From positions 38,496-102,495 of IMG/VR virus record IMGVR_UViG_3300013121_000028: a stretch of 64,000 nt of DNA; one strand, written 5' to 3'. The notes under the pieces were generated by a model. The model was not told where the DNA came from. It did not search any database and saw only the letters and a list, made by a program, of their open reading frames with translations. Below are positions 27,279 to 36,819 of the stretch, piece after piece. The stretch's first letter is position 1. Each line of letters begins with the position of its first letter. A program made the translations under genes and the position numbers. The DNA comes from a virus (Duplodnaviria > Caudoviricetes).

Positions 27279-28502
27279 TTATTCTACTTTATATTTCTTA
27301 GTTATTGAGTGCCAATTAACATTGTTATTTGCAGAACCAACAACATTAACAACAACATCAGTACCACTTACAGCAAAAGTAGCATTAAATGGTGCTATTG
27401 ATTCTGAAGTAAATGATGATTGTATTGTACCAATAGTAACCACACCTGCAATATTCTGTGCTTTTACTGTTCTGATATATCCATTTCCTGCACCAACAGC
27501 ACCAACACCTGCACCTGATACTTTTCTACAAGTAATATAACTTTCCAACATAACTACTGTGTCTGTTGGTATAGATATTGTTTGTATTGGAGTAACAGTA
27601 GCATCAGTAGTTGCTACAAAATCACCACTTATATTTTCTGAATTTAAAGGACTACCACCACCACTCGTAGTAAGCTGAAATTCAAAATCAGTTGGTCTTA
27701 CTATAAATTTAGTAGATTCATTATGACCTAATACAATTTCATTATCAAAATGAGATTGAATATCATGTCCGATTAATGTATTGTAATTATGAGCAACAAA
27801 TAAGTTATAACCTAAAGCATAAGAATAATCACATCCCGTAAAACTATATCCATCAAAAGTTATTGTATCACCTAAAGCACCTGAACGACCATCAACCATT
27901 CCTGCTATCTGTGAATTTGTAACAACAAAATTTCCGTATAAAACTTCAGTAAAAGAAGATGTTATACTCATTAAGTTAGAATATGATACTGTGTCATAAT
28001 TATTATAATGACCCATCATATCATTGTATGTTGTATTAATGTATGAATTGAAATGTCCATACATAACACAACTTTCTGAATTATCAACAGTACAATGATA
28101 AATATTAGCTATATTTTGACGAGCATAGGTATAAAGATTATTATCACCACCTATCCAAAAATTAAAATCACCCGTAGTAGCAGGTGTAGCGTTTCCAAAA
28201 TTTAAAGAAGTACCAAAAGAAAAATCACCAAAAATCCATGAGTGAAGATTAAAACCAATAGCCATATTTACAGATGCTTTGATTTCGTTATCACGACCTA
28301 TCTGAAAACATGAATTTAAACCTGCATCAATTGTACTTACTGCTCCACCAACAGTATCGCTTTGTGAAGCCATTGAATCACCAATAGACGTACCTGTTGG
28401 TGTGAACATAGCAAGTGTGTAGACAGTACCACCGCCACTTATATTACCACCGCCTCCACCGCCTCCACCTTCATCTGTCCAACCAAAACAACTTAATTCC
28501 AT
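27279..28502 (-). CDS. fibre protein with poly-Gly hinge and beta-roll-like repeats
   Basis: run of 8 Gly, ~15-aa G..N repeats, C-terminal beta-sandwich. Confidence 0.6.
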   Translation of the reverse strand: MELSCFGWTDEGGGGGGGGNISGGGTVYTLAMFTPTGTSIGDSMASQSDTVGGAVSTIDAGLNSCFQIGRDNEIKASVNMAIGFNLHSWIFGDFSFGTSLNFGNATPATTGDFNFWIGGDNNLYTYARQNIANIYHCTVDNSESCVMYGHFNSYINTTYNDMMGHYNNYDTVSYSNLMSITSSFTEVLYGNFVVTNSQIAGMVDGRSGALGDTITFDGYSFTGCDYSYALGYNLFVAHNYNTLIGHDIQSHFDNEIVLGHNESTKFIVRPTDFEFQLTTSGGGSPLNSENISGDFVATTDATVTPIQTISIPTDTVVMLESYITCRKVSGAGVGAVGAGNGYIRTVKAQNIAGVVTIGTIQSSFTSESIAPFNATFAVSGTDVVVNVVGSANNNVNWHSITKKYKVE

Positions 28503-28525
28503 TTTTTTGTTTTATTTTTTTAAGG

Positions 28526-28795
28526 TTAACGTGCAATTATTTCAATAGTTCCTGCTGAAGCATCAATAATTAAACTATCAATATATTTTGTTTGCTCTGA
28601 ACTTATAGTTACAGGTTTATTTAATACTAAACTTGTTGCTGTACTATCAATAGAACCTATTCTTTTTGTTCCTTTATAAGAACCTGCTCCCGCAACTAAC
28701 TTTATAGCTACACAAGTAATACCATCAGCTTCATTTATAGTTAATGTATTATTTGTTAATGTATATGTAAATATGGCTTGTTTTTTTTCAAACAT
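28526..28795 (-). CDS. small all-beta structural protein (vertex/penton candidate)
   Basis: 89 aa with alternating beta-strand pattern, first gene of the spike cluster. Confidence 0.4.
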   Translation of the reverse strand: MFEKKQAIFTYTLTNNTLTINEADGITCVAIKLVAGAGSYKGTKRIGSIDSTATSLVLNKPVTISSEQTKYIDSLIIDASAGTIEIIAR

Positions 28796-28816
28796 TTTTA
28801 TTCATTTTAATTATTA

Positions 28817-29317
28817 TTAAACTAATGTAAATAACCTTTCTTCCTTTTCAATATGATTCAAAAGTTTATCACAAAACATAACCGATAAATTTTGACAATT
28901 ACCAACTCTTTTCATTTCGCTAATTGCGGAATAAAAAAATTTATGGTCATTTAATAAATCGTCAATAATCGGCTTTAAAGCAATATTACTTTTTAAAATT
29001 TTTGGGAAAACGACATTTTCTTCTTCTTGAAAATGGTGATTTATTTCTTTGTCCCAAATATCAACAACATCTTTAGTGCAATAATTATTACCACTATTTG
29101 CTGATTGAAGAATTTTTACAATTTCTTTTTCAGCCTTGCCATGCTCTAATGATAAATGATTACACATATTATCTGTGCTTTCATTACCACTCAATCCATC
29201 ACAACCTGAAAAACTTTTTTGAATTTCTTTTTTATCACTCTTATTAAACAGGAAAATTAAACCACCCGTAGCTATAATTCCTAATAGCCCAAATATTATT
29301 TTTCCTTGTTTATTCAT
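28817..29317 (-). CDS. N-anchored hemerythrin-like (HHE) domain protein
   Basis: N-terminal TM; LSLEH...HHFQEEENVVFP...LLNDH...NHIEKEERLF. Confidence 0.8.
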   Translation of the reverse strand: MNKQGKIIFGLLGIIATGGLIFLFNKSDKKEIQKSFSGCDGLSGNESTDNMCNHLSLEHGKAEKEIVKILQSANSGNNYCTKDVVDIWDKEINHHFQEEENVVFPKILKSNIALKPIIDDLLNDHKFFYSAISEMKRVGNCQNLSVMFCDKLLNHIEKEERLFTLV

Positions 29318-29327
29318 ATTTTATTAA

Positions 29328-29690
29328 TCAAGCAAATTTTTCTAAGTCCAACGGTTGTTTTGGTTTACCTCCATCATACAAATAAAGTAACGGCTCACAA
29401 TCTTCTGTTTTAGTATATATTCTGACATTAATTGATTCTTTAGGAACATTATATTCCTTAATCAATCCATCAATAATCATATTCAATCTATTACCGACCA
29501 TGAAAGATGTGATAGTGTTTACATTTAAAGCTGTTGCTAAATTTGTTTCTTCTAATACATCTGTGTTTTTCAAGATTTCATATTTCAATGAATCTTTACT
29601 TTTTGAAATCTTGATTCTCAGGTCGTTAGGTCTGATTTGATGCTTGTTACTCAATGAACGAATTGCGTTTGAAAGTGTATCCTTTATCAT
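29328..29690 (-). CDS. hypothetical protein
   Basis: 120 aa soluble protein. Confidence 0.6.
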   Translation of the reverse strand: MIKDTLSNAIRSLSNKHQIRPNDLRIKISKSKDSLKYEILKNTDVLEETNLATALNVNTITSFMVGNRLNMIIDGLIKEYNVPKESINVRIYTKTEDCEPLLYLYDGGKPKQPLDLEKFA

Positions 29691-29722
29691 TTGATTGATT
29701 TTTTTGGTTTGATTTTACAAAT

Positions 29723-30250
29723 TTAGCATTTTTTCTCAGTTGTGGAAGGTGTCATTAGCTCTTTTAAAGTAATTTTTTCATCAATAGGATAATTACTCAA
29801 TTTTACTATTCCTGTTTTAGCCGAGAAACGACCTTTAATTCCAATAACTAATTTCTCACGGTCATAAATTATTGGCTCAATGTTAGTGATACCTGCCCTT
29901 AGTAAATCCTTTGGGTTGAACTGAAATTCAAGTTTAACAATAGTATCTGACTTACTATAAATGGTTTGAACATCAGGTTTTTCTATTTTTGTTACGAACA
30001 TATTATTAACATATATATTAAAAATCATATTTGAAACATCAATAGTAATATCACTTTCATTTACAATCTTGAAAAATAATGTCATTTTTACATTATTCAA
30101 TGTAAATGTGTGAATTATACCACCTGAAATTGTATAACAAGCATCCTTCAATAAATTTATTTGTCGTCTGAAGTAGGCTATCAATCCTACTGTTGCAACT
30201 AACAAACCACCTATGATTATTCCGTTTCTTACTTTTGGTGTGATTTCCAT
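29723..30250 (-). CDS. N-anchored LEA_2/WHy domain protein
   Basis: TM, then KIVNESDITIDVSNMIFNIYVNN...I LEA_2-like strand pattern. Confidence 0.7.
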   Translation of the reverse strand: MEITPKVRNGIIIGGLLVATVGLIAYFRRQINLLKDACYTISGGIIHTFTLNNVKMTLFFKIVNESDITIDVSNMIFNIYVNNMFVTKIEKPDVQTIYSKSDTIVKLEFQFNPKDLLRAGITNIEPIIYDREKLVIGIKGRFSAKTGIVKLSNYPIDEKITLKELMTPSTTEKKC

Positions 30251-30281
30251 TTTATATTTGTTTTTTAATTTTTTATCTTGA

Positions 30282-30722
30282 TTAAATTACCTTCTTGTTT
30301 TTCAAAATTAGTAAAGTTCCTGCTATAATCAAAAGACCAACTGAACCAATTATAACATATTTTCCAATGTTACTTGGTTTTTTAGTAACCTTTGTTGATT
30401 TTACAACAACTTCTTTCAATTCAGATAAGGCTTTATCTTCGTTTAGCGTTATTTGAATCATTCTTTCAGGTATTCCTGTTATTATATTAGGAATTGGTAT
30501 GATTGATTTTGCGGGTATAGTTTTTTTATTATATCCAACAAATGCTCCTGTTATATAATCCTTATCATTAACATCAGTCAATCTCCACCTTCCTTTTTCA
30601 TCAGTTTGAGAATGTTTAGAACCAACAAAAGGCTTTCCATTAGCATCAGAAGTATAAACCTGTGCAAATTCAATAGGATTTTTATCCTTATCTACTAAAC
30701 GACCTATGACTGTGTATCCCAT
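30282..30722 (-). CDS. CarboxypepD_reg-like (SusC N-terminal extension) domain with TonB-box-like motif and C-terminal TM
   Basis: VIGRLVDKDKNPIEFAQV...TDEKGRW...FVGY...LKEVVV, then TM and KNKK. Confidence 0.8.
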   Translation of the reverse strand: MGYTVIGRLVDKDKNPIEFAQVYTSDANGKPFVGSKHSQTDEKGRWRLTDVNDKDYITGAFVGYNKKTIPAKSIIPIPNIITGIPERMIQITLNEDKALSELKEVVVKSTKVTKKPSNIGKYVIIGSVGLLIIAGTLLILKNKKVI

Positions 30723-30726
30723 AATT

Positions 30727-31446
30727 TTAACTTATTAATTTACCAATTTTTTCAAATTTATTTGTTTTATACATATAATAACCAACACCAACTAAACCAA
30801 CTAACATCAAAGTAATTGGAATCCAATTCTTTTTTGTAAACTCTGTGACTTCACCAAACTTCTTTTTTACATCAGCTAAAGTATATGGGAAAAAGCTTAA
30901 AGGAAAAACAGAAGCCTTTAAAGCTCTTTCAACATAATCATAAGGTTTTGATATACCTGAATTTGCTTTCTTTACGGAATCAGGGAATGTGAAATTAGGA
31001 ATACCAATAGCAACAGGGTAAAATATTGTCATAAATAAATCACCCTGAGTAAAACTATCAGGTATTTTTCCATTTGGTTTTAGTTTGTTTTTTAAAATTG
31101 AGTATAGGTATTTATCAACATAGTTTAACTGCTCTTTGAAACTCATTCTTCTTAAAGCATCTGTTGTAGTACCAAGACCTCTTGCTGTTGATGGTATAAA
31201 TTGTATTAATCCCGTAGCACCAATACTATTTGTTATAGATGGATTAAAAGTACGACCTGTTTCAAAATTTATAAGGTTAACAAACCATTCAAAAGGAATA
31301 CCATACTTTGATGATAAATACATTAATGATTGTAAATCACTTTTAGTAACATTATAAACAGGATAACCGCCATAAGTTTTACCTTTGGCTCTCAATTCCT
31401 GAATGTAATTATATGTTTTATCTATGGATTCCTGTTGGTTATACAT
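30727..31446 (-). CDS. lytic transglycosylase with C-terminal TM anchor
   Basis: LINFETG...GATGLIQFIPSTARGLG; C-terminal WIPITLMLVGLVGVGYYMYK. Confidence 0.85.
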   Translation of the reverse strand: MYNQQESIDKTYNYIQELRAKGKTYGGYPVYNVTKSDLQSLMYLSSKYGIPFEWFVNLINFETGRTFNPSITNSIGATGLIQFIPSTARGLGTTTDALRRMSFKEQLNYVDKYLYSILKNKLKPNGKIPDSFTQGDLFMTIFYPVAIGIPNFTFPDSVKKANSGISKPYDYVERALKASVFPLSFFPYTLADVKKKFGEVTEFTKKNWIPITLMLVGLVGVGYYMYKTNKFEKIGKLIS

Positions 31447-32074
31447 ATAATTTTAATTTATCTTTTGTTTTATTAGCCAACTCATTATGTGCTAAACTAT
31501 TTGCGTGTAAATATCCATCACTTGAACTAAAGTATTTTTTATCTGAAGTTATTTTATGAAAGTCAACTAAATAATCAATATTTTTATTTTTCTTCATCCA
31601 ATCAACTAAATCAAATAATAACTTTTGTTTAGCTTCTGTTCTATTTACATAATAATCTTTGTTAGGTGGAGTTACTGCTAATACTTTAGAACCTTTACTA
31701 TGTATTAAATCATACATATAATTAAGATTATTTTTTGTAACATCTGTTTTACCTAACGCATAGATGTCATTGCTTCCTCCAAGTATTGCCACTACATCAT
31801 ATTTATTTTTATTTAGTTCATTCTCCAACTGTGATTTCATCCAATCAGTTTTTTCACCAACCTTTGCAATCTTCTTTATATTTAATTCAGGAAATGATTT
31901 TTTAAGTTGGTCAGCATAACTAAAATTAGAAGCCGTATTACTATCACCAATAAAAAGTATTGATTTTATATTACTACCTTGTTTTGATTTTTTATAAAAA
32001 TAAATCATAGCAAAACCAATGACTATACCACCAATGATACTACCAACTATAATTTTATTTTTATTCAGTTGCAT
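31439..32074 (-). CDS. N-anchored SGNH/GDSL hydrolase
   Basis: FIGDSNT (block I), LGGSND (block III), DGYLHAN (block V). Confidence 0.9.
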   Translation of the reverse strand: MQLNKNKIIVGSIIGGIVIGFAMIYFYKKSKQGSNIKSILFIGDSNTASNFSYADQLKKSFPELNIKKIAKVGEKTDWMKSQLENELNKNKYDVVAILGGSNDIYALGKTDVTKNNLNYMYDLIHSKGSKVLAVTPPNKDYYVNRTEAKQKLLFDLVDWMKKNKNIDYLVDFHKITSDKKYFSSSDGYLHANSLAHNELANKTKDKLKLYV

Positions 32075-32768
32075 ATATCTTTTTCAATATGTTTAATAAT
32101 TCACCTCTTTCCTGTTCAGTTACATTAAAATTTCCTGAATAAACAAGATTATATATTCTCCTCAATTCATCTAAACTTACTTTATCTTGAACATTAGGAA
32201 CATTCTTAATATCATTTAAATCATATCCCCAAAGTGTTATATAATCCAAACAACCAATTGATTCAAAAAATTCTTGAAAAGAATTAATTTCATCACGCTC
32301 TTTAATACATATAGGATTTTCAATAGGCTTAACTACTGTATCCTCCTTGTTAACCATAGTTATAGAATACTCATTACCCAACATTCCAATCAATGAAACT
32401 AAGTTTGGTGCATCTTTAGGCTCAATAATAATATAATAATCTACAACGTGTTGTGCTTTTTCATTCATAGACTGTTTTACAGAAACAGAGTTGAATGGAA
32501 GCCCTTTTGATAAAAGGTATTTTTTTGTTGTATTAGCTATGTCTGTTAAAAAAGGAAGCCTTATTTTATAATACTCAACATTATCACTATTAATAGTTGG
32601 CTCTTTTAATTCAACATCATCTACGTTATTGTTTTTATCTTTACCGCTAAATATATTTTTATTTTTCACATACTTATATCCATAATAAGCCAATACCAAT
32701 GCTGTTGGTAAACCAATTATTAATGCAACCTGAAGTGCTTTACTATTTTTTATTTTTTCAAAGTTCAT
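32061..32768 (-). CDS. N-anchored membrane protein
   Basis: TM ALIIGLPTALVLAYYGYKY. Confidence 0.6.
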   Translation of the reverse strand: MNFEKIKNSKALQVALIIGLPTALVLAYYGYKYVKNKNIFSGKDKNNNVDDVELKEPTINSDNVEYYKIRLPFLTDIANTTKKYLLSKGLPFNSVSVKQSMNEKAQHVVDYYIIIEPKDAPNLVSLIGMLGNEYSITMVNKEDTVVKPIENPICIKERDEINSFQEFFESIGCLDYITLWGYDLNDIKNVPNVQDKVSLDELRRIYNLVYSGNFNVTEQERGELLNILKKIYATE

Positions 32769-32771
32769 AAA

Positions 32772-33431
32772 TTAAACAATAATATCAAGAGTGCCATTAA
32801 CACCTAAAAGCTTACGGATATAATCTGCCTGACCCTTTGGTAATTTATTTATTAATTCTTTTGTTGTTCCTTTATGTGCTATTGCAACTTTAGATGGTTT
32901 TGCGAAACGACCTGTATTATAAATAACAACAACTTTATCTAAACGTGGTACACCATTTTCGGTAAATTCATCAATAAGTTGTTTTAAAATTATACTTCCA
33001 ACAAGTAAATTAAATTCAGGTTTAAATAAATCATCACGGGTGATGAATGTTTTTCCTATACTTTTTTGATTCGGCTTTAATTTTTCCAAATTAGACCATC
33101 TACTACCTATATATTTCTTAATTATTTCTTCTTCACCTTTCTGTAATCTTCCGCTTGATTTTTCTTTAACCAAACCATCAGAAGCAGTTGAAGTTCCAAC
33201 TTGAAGCAAACCTACGGCATAAGGTGTTTGAGCTTTTTCATTACCGCCACTTTCAATAAATATAAAACTTTCCATTATTTCAGAATTTAAACCTGTTAAA
33301 TCAGAAATATTATCTATCATCTTACCATACTTATAACGAATTACATTCTCTACCTTGTTTATAATTTGAGGTACAACGTGGTCAGGATAAAACTTATCGT
33401 TTATTGAAGGTATTTTTAATAAAATTGCCAT
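32772..33431 (-). CDS. SLT-family lytic transglycosylase
   Basis: IFIESGG...AVGLLQV...DLFKPEFNLLVG...YNTG...YIRK. Confidence 0.88.
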   Translation of the reverse strand: MAILLKIPSINDKFYPDHVVPQIINKVENVIRYKYGKMIDNISDLTGLNSEIMESFIFIESGGNEKAQTPYAVGLLQVGTSTASDGLVKEKSSGRLQKGEEEIIKKYIGSRWSNLEKLKPNQKSIGKTFITRDDLFKPEFNLLVGSIILKQLIDEFTENGVPRLDKVVVIYNTGRFAKPSKVAIAHKGTTKELINKLPKGQADYIRKLLGVNGTLDIIV

Positions 33432-33435
33432 TTTA

Positions 33436-33603
33436 CTATCTTACGAATTTAATTTTATTTGACTTCTTTGATTTACTATCTACATTTCCTTCACCTTCAA
33501 ACTCGGATTTATCCTTCTTATTATTAAAATAATAAGACAATCCTAATGCTAAAACAAATATTGATGTTCCTACAATTAATGTATTCCTTGTATTACTATC
33601 CAT
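33436..33603 (-). CDS. small N-anchored membrane protein (55 aa, not in ORF track)
   Basis: translated by hand: MDSNTRNTLIVGTSIFVLALGLSYYFNNKKDKSEFEG... Confidence 0.65.
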   Translation of the reverse strand: MDSNTRNTLIVGTSIFVLALGLSYYFNNKKDKSEFEGEGNVDSKSKKSNKIKFVR

Positions 33604-33609
33604 TTTTAA

Positions 33610-33942
33610 TTAAGATATTTTAGTTAAACCTTTTAACGCTTTATTAAGATAATTAGTCGCTATTACCTTTTCTGATGGAGTCCATTTACTTTCACCCTTT
33701 CTTAATAATGACATAAATTCATTATGTGATTTTATATCAAAGTATTTTAAGTAATTATTTTTCACTATTTCTGTTTCACGGGTAGACATATCTTCAAAAA
33801 CATCATATCCTTTGTTTTTTGATAAACCAATCATTGCATCAAAATCAGAATCAGATAATTTGTTTTGATTTTTGTATATGTAATATCCAACACCAACACC
33901 AATTAAACCTACTACACCAATTATTATTAAAGCTTTTTTCAT
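33610..33942 (-). CDS. N-anchored membrane protein
   Basis: MKKALIIIGVVGLIGVGVGYYIYK. Confidence 0.65.
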   Translation of the reverse strand: MKKALIIIGVVGLIGVGVGYYIYKNQNKLSDSDFDAMIGLSKNKGYDVFEDMSTRETEIVKNNYLKYFDIKSHNEFMSLLRKGESKWTPSEKVIATNYLNKALKGLTKIS

Positions 33943-33959
33943 AATTAATTTATTATTGA

Positions 33960-34577
33960 TTAAACATTTCCAAAAAACGGTTTTGATTTTTTATTTCTAT
34001 CATAGTCAAGTATTAATGTTACTGTTGTATTTGGCTGAACAACATAATCTATAATACATTCACCATTTAATATTAAATTATCAAATTTAAATTCTGTTAC
34101 ACCTGACTGATATTGACTCGATGAGAAATCAGGTATATAATTTTCAGATGCCATTCTACCTGAAGCATCTTTACACATAACAGTCATATTCTGTGTTGCC
34201 TGAATACCCATACCACCACTATTAACCAATACTTTTATTTTTTTAACCTTCTTAGGTTCATTAATTAGTGTTTGGTTAAAATAAAATATATTTGGATTAA
34301 TTGTTATTGGTTGTACTACTCCCGAATCAGGACTACCGCCATAAGGATTATTTATATTATTATAAGCATCAAATAATCTTACATTTTGTTGAGTTGATGT
34401 ATTATTTGTTATGGTAAATTGAGAAATGTTTGAATTACCAAACTTATCTAACATATCATCAACAAGGTTAGAATAACCATCCTTACCTTTTTTGTATTTC
34501 TTATATGCTAAATAAAGTAATCCAATGCCTAAAATAGCACCGCCAACAATAAGCATATTTTTTGTATTCTTTTCCAA
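33960..34577 (-). CDS. membrane-anchored paralogue of the candidate major capsid protein
   Basis: N-terminal TM; FTITNNT...LFD...KDASG...SQYQS...PNTTVT aligns by eye with 58176-59000. Confidence 0.6.
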   Translation of the reverse strand: MEKNTKNMLIVGGAILGIGLLYLAYKKYKKGKDGYSNLVDDMLDKFGNSNISQFTITNNTSTQQNVRLFDAYNNINNPYGGSPDSGVVQPITINPNIFYFNQTLINEPKKVKKIKVLVNSGGMGIQATQNMTVMCKDASGRMASENYIPDFSSSQYQSGVTEFKFDNLILNGECIIDYVVQPNTTVTLILDYDRNKKSKPFFGNV

Positions 34578-34582
34578 TTTTT

Positions 34583-35104
34583 TTATTTTTTGTTTTTATT
34601 AATATTTGAAATATAATGTCCTGTTAATCCACCAATCAATAAACCACCTAAAGTAAAAGCCAATACATTTTTATTAAAATACTTTGCCATCAAATAACCA
34701 ATAGTACCTATACCCGCACCTACAACAATAGGTATTTTATAATTTACCTTTTCCTTATCATCACCACTTTCCTCACCTACAACATTTGACTTTTCATCAA
34801 AATACTTTCTGAAAAAATTTGAATCACCTAAATAAATATTCTTTTGTTTATCTGTTTCAGCAAACTTTAAAACCATAAAACGGAAATTCTCTTTTCCGTT
34901 ATTATTAATCTTTTGAACTACATAAATCAAATCATCTTTTTCAAGAATACCATCATCATTACCATTTGGTAATAATAATTTCATTGGAATTTCAGTTGCG
35001 TAAATTTTTCTACGACCTTCTATAATATTACTTCCATCATCCCTTCTGAAAATATCACTTTTGTTATCTTCATTTATAGTATCATTATTATTTGATTCAG
35101 ACAT
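34583..35104 (-). CDS. membrane protein with C-terminal TM hairpin
   Basis: two Gly-rich TM segments at the C-terminus. Confidence 0.6.
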   Translation of the reverse strand: MSESNNNDTINEDNKSDIFRRDDGSNIIEGRRKIYATEIPMKLLLPNGNDDGILEKDDLIYVVQKINNNGKENFRFMVLKFAETDKQKNIYLGDSNFFRKYFDEKSNVVGEESGDDKEKVNYKIPIVVGAGIGTIGYLMAKYFNKNVLAFTLGGLLIGGLTGHYISNINKNKK

Positions 35105-35129
35105 AAAAAATATTTTTAATTATTTAAAA

Positions 35130-35804
35130 TTAATAAGGTTTATTACTAACGAATTTTTCAGGAACATAAGCTATTTTTTTCATAGCCTGAAAAACAGGCA
35201 TACATCTTGCATTTGGTGGACACTTTGGATTAAACGCTATTGTTTCAACCTTTAAAAATCCTTTTCCTGTATTTGAAATATATTTAGCAAAAGGTCTATC
35301 TAATGTTAATGTTTTATCAACACTTCCAATAATATAATCACCTTTAAATTCAGGGAAGCTATAAATACTTGAGCTATCCTCTTTCAAGTAAATTAAAGAA
35401 CCACTCTTATATCCCGAAGAAGTTGTTTTTGTAGCTGTTTTACCTTCTTTAATATACTCAGTACCATACTGTTGAAAAGCCTTTCTAATAAAACTATTAT
35501 TATAATCTCCCGATAAAGATAAATCAATTTGTTTAGCATAGCTTGGATATTTTTTATTTACCCATGCACGGAAATTATCACCCTCTTTTTTATTTGTAAA
35601 TGGAGTTGAAGGTAACTGAATAGTTCTTGGAGGAGAGTAAGAACCTTGACTTGCTTTTTCTTGTTCTTGTTTTTCTTTTTCTTCTTCCTCTTGCTTTCTT
35701 TTTTCTTCTTTATCCTTTTTATTTTTCCAAAACAAGAAAGCACCACCACCAATTATAAGTGCTGATGCTATACCAATCCAAATTAATTTTTTATTATTTG
35801 CCAT
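35130..35804 (-). CDS. N-anchored membrane protein
   Basis: TM, charged linker, GDNFRAWVN module, possible SH3-like end. Confidence 0.6.
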   Translation of the reverse strand: MANNKKLIWIGIASALIIGGGAFLFWKNKKDKEEKRKQEEEEKEKQEQEKASQGSYSPPRTIQLPSTPFTNKKEGDNFRAWVNKKYPSYAKQIDLSLSGDYNNSFIRKAFQQYGTEYIKEGKTATKTTSSGYKSGSLIYLKEDSSSIYSFPEFKGDYIIGSVDKTLTLDRPFAKYISNTGKGFLKVETIAFNPKCPPNARCMPVFQAMKKIAYVPEKFVSNKPY

Positions 35805-35844
35805 TTTTTGATTTTTTGAGATTATTACTGTTTATTATTTATTT

Positions 35845-36591
35845 TTATAAAGGTATTCCATTAAGAACCCCTTCATATATTACATATATCTTACCACCTT
35901 TTTTAGTAGCATCACGCATTACCTGACATATACTCTTTTTTTGTGGTTGAGAAAACTTTCTATTTAAACAAGTTGGAGGATTTTTAATCAGAATACAAGA
36001 ATCACACCCGAAAGGGAAAACACCAACACGACCTACGTTATTATATATAAATGAATTACCGAAAGATGTGAATTTAGATGTATCACCACCTGCGTTCCAA
36101 TTATTTTCAGATAGTTTACAAGTAATCTTACAGTTTACCCCTGAAACACAACTAATATCAATAGTTTCTTGTGCATTTGGTACTCCTTTAAAATCATTAT
36201 TTAATGCAAATTCAAAAATATTCATACCTAAATGGAACTTTGTAGTATCAGGACAATTATTTGCATAATCACCAAATGCTAAGTTTCCATTAAATCCTTT
36301 ATCACATGGGCTTTTATAACTAACCGTATCGTTTGGAGGTAATGTAAAATAACCTTTTAATCCACTTTGAGTAATTCCAAATATACCATTTACATTAGTT
36401 ACATAATTAGTATCAGCACCTATTGTCAAGAAAACATTAACTGTATCTTTTGTTGCATTTATAACACAAACCTCTGTATTTTTGTTATCCGAATCGCAAC
36501 ATTTTTTATTTTCAAAACACTTTTCATAAGTGAAATACGAAATAACACCAACAATAATTAGAAACAAATAATAGTAAAATCTCTTTTTCAT
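35845..36591 (-). CDS. Cys-rich secreted/anchored protein, possibly thaumatin-like
   Basis: IFEFALNN...TIDISCVSGVN resembles the thaumatin EFTL...YDVSLVDGYN pattern; many Cys. Confidence 0.45.
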   Translation of the reverse strand: MKKRFYYYLFLIIVGVISYFTYEKCFENKKCCDSDNKNTEVCVINATKDTVNVFLTIGADTNYVTNVNGIFGITQSGLKGYFTLPPNDTVSYKSPCDKGFNGNLAFGDYANNCPDTTKFHLGMNIFEFALNNDFKGVPNAQETIDISCVSGVNCKITCKLSENNWNAGGDTSKFTSFGNSFIYNNVGRVGVFPFGCDSCILIKNPPTCLNRKFSQPQKKSICQVMRDATKKGGKIYVIYEGVLNGIPL

Positions 36592-36603
36592 AATTATTAT
36601 ATG

Positions 36604-36792
36604 TTAATCGTTTATTTTTTGAATTGCTTCTTTAAAGGCATACACGCCAATTAATAGAGTTAAAGTACCAAGTGCAATAGCACCTGTGCTTTTTGATTTC
36701 ATTCCCATAGAGATAGCTTTAACAGCACCGATTCCAACAAAAGCTGAACCTACTATTACAGAGGCATCTACTACTTTTCCAATTGTTTTCAT
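36604..36792 (-). CDS. small 2-TM protein
   Basis: two hydrophobic Gly/Ala-rich segments. Confidence 0.6.
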   Translation of the reverse strand: MKTIGKVVDASVIVGSAFVGIGAVKAISMGMKSKSTGAIALGTLTLLIGVYAFKEAIQKIND

Positions 36793-36819
36793 TTTATTAT
36801 TTTTTTTTATTATTTATTA

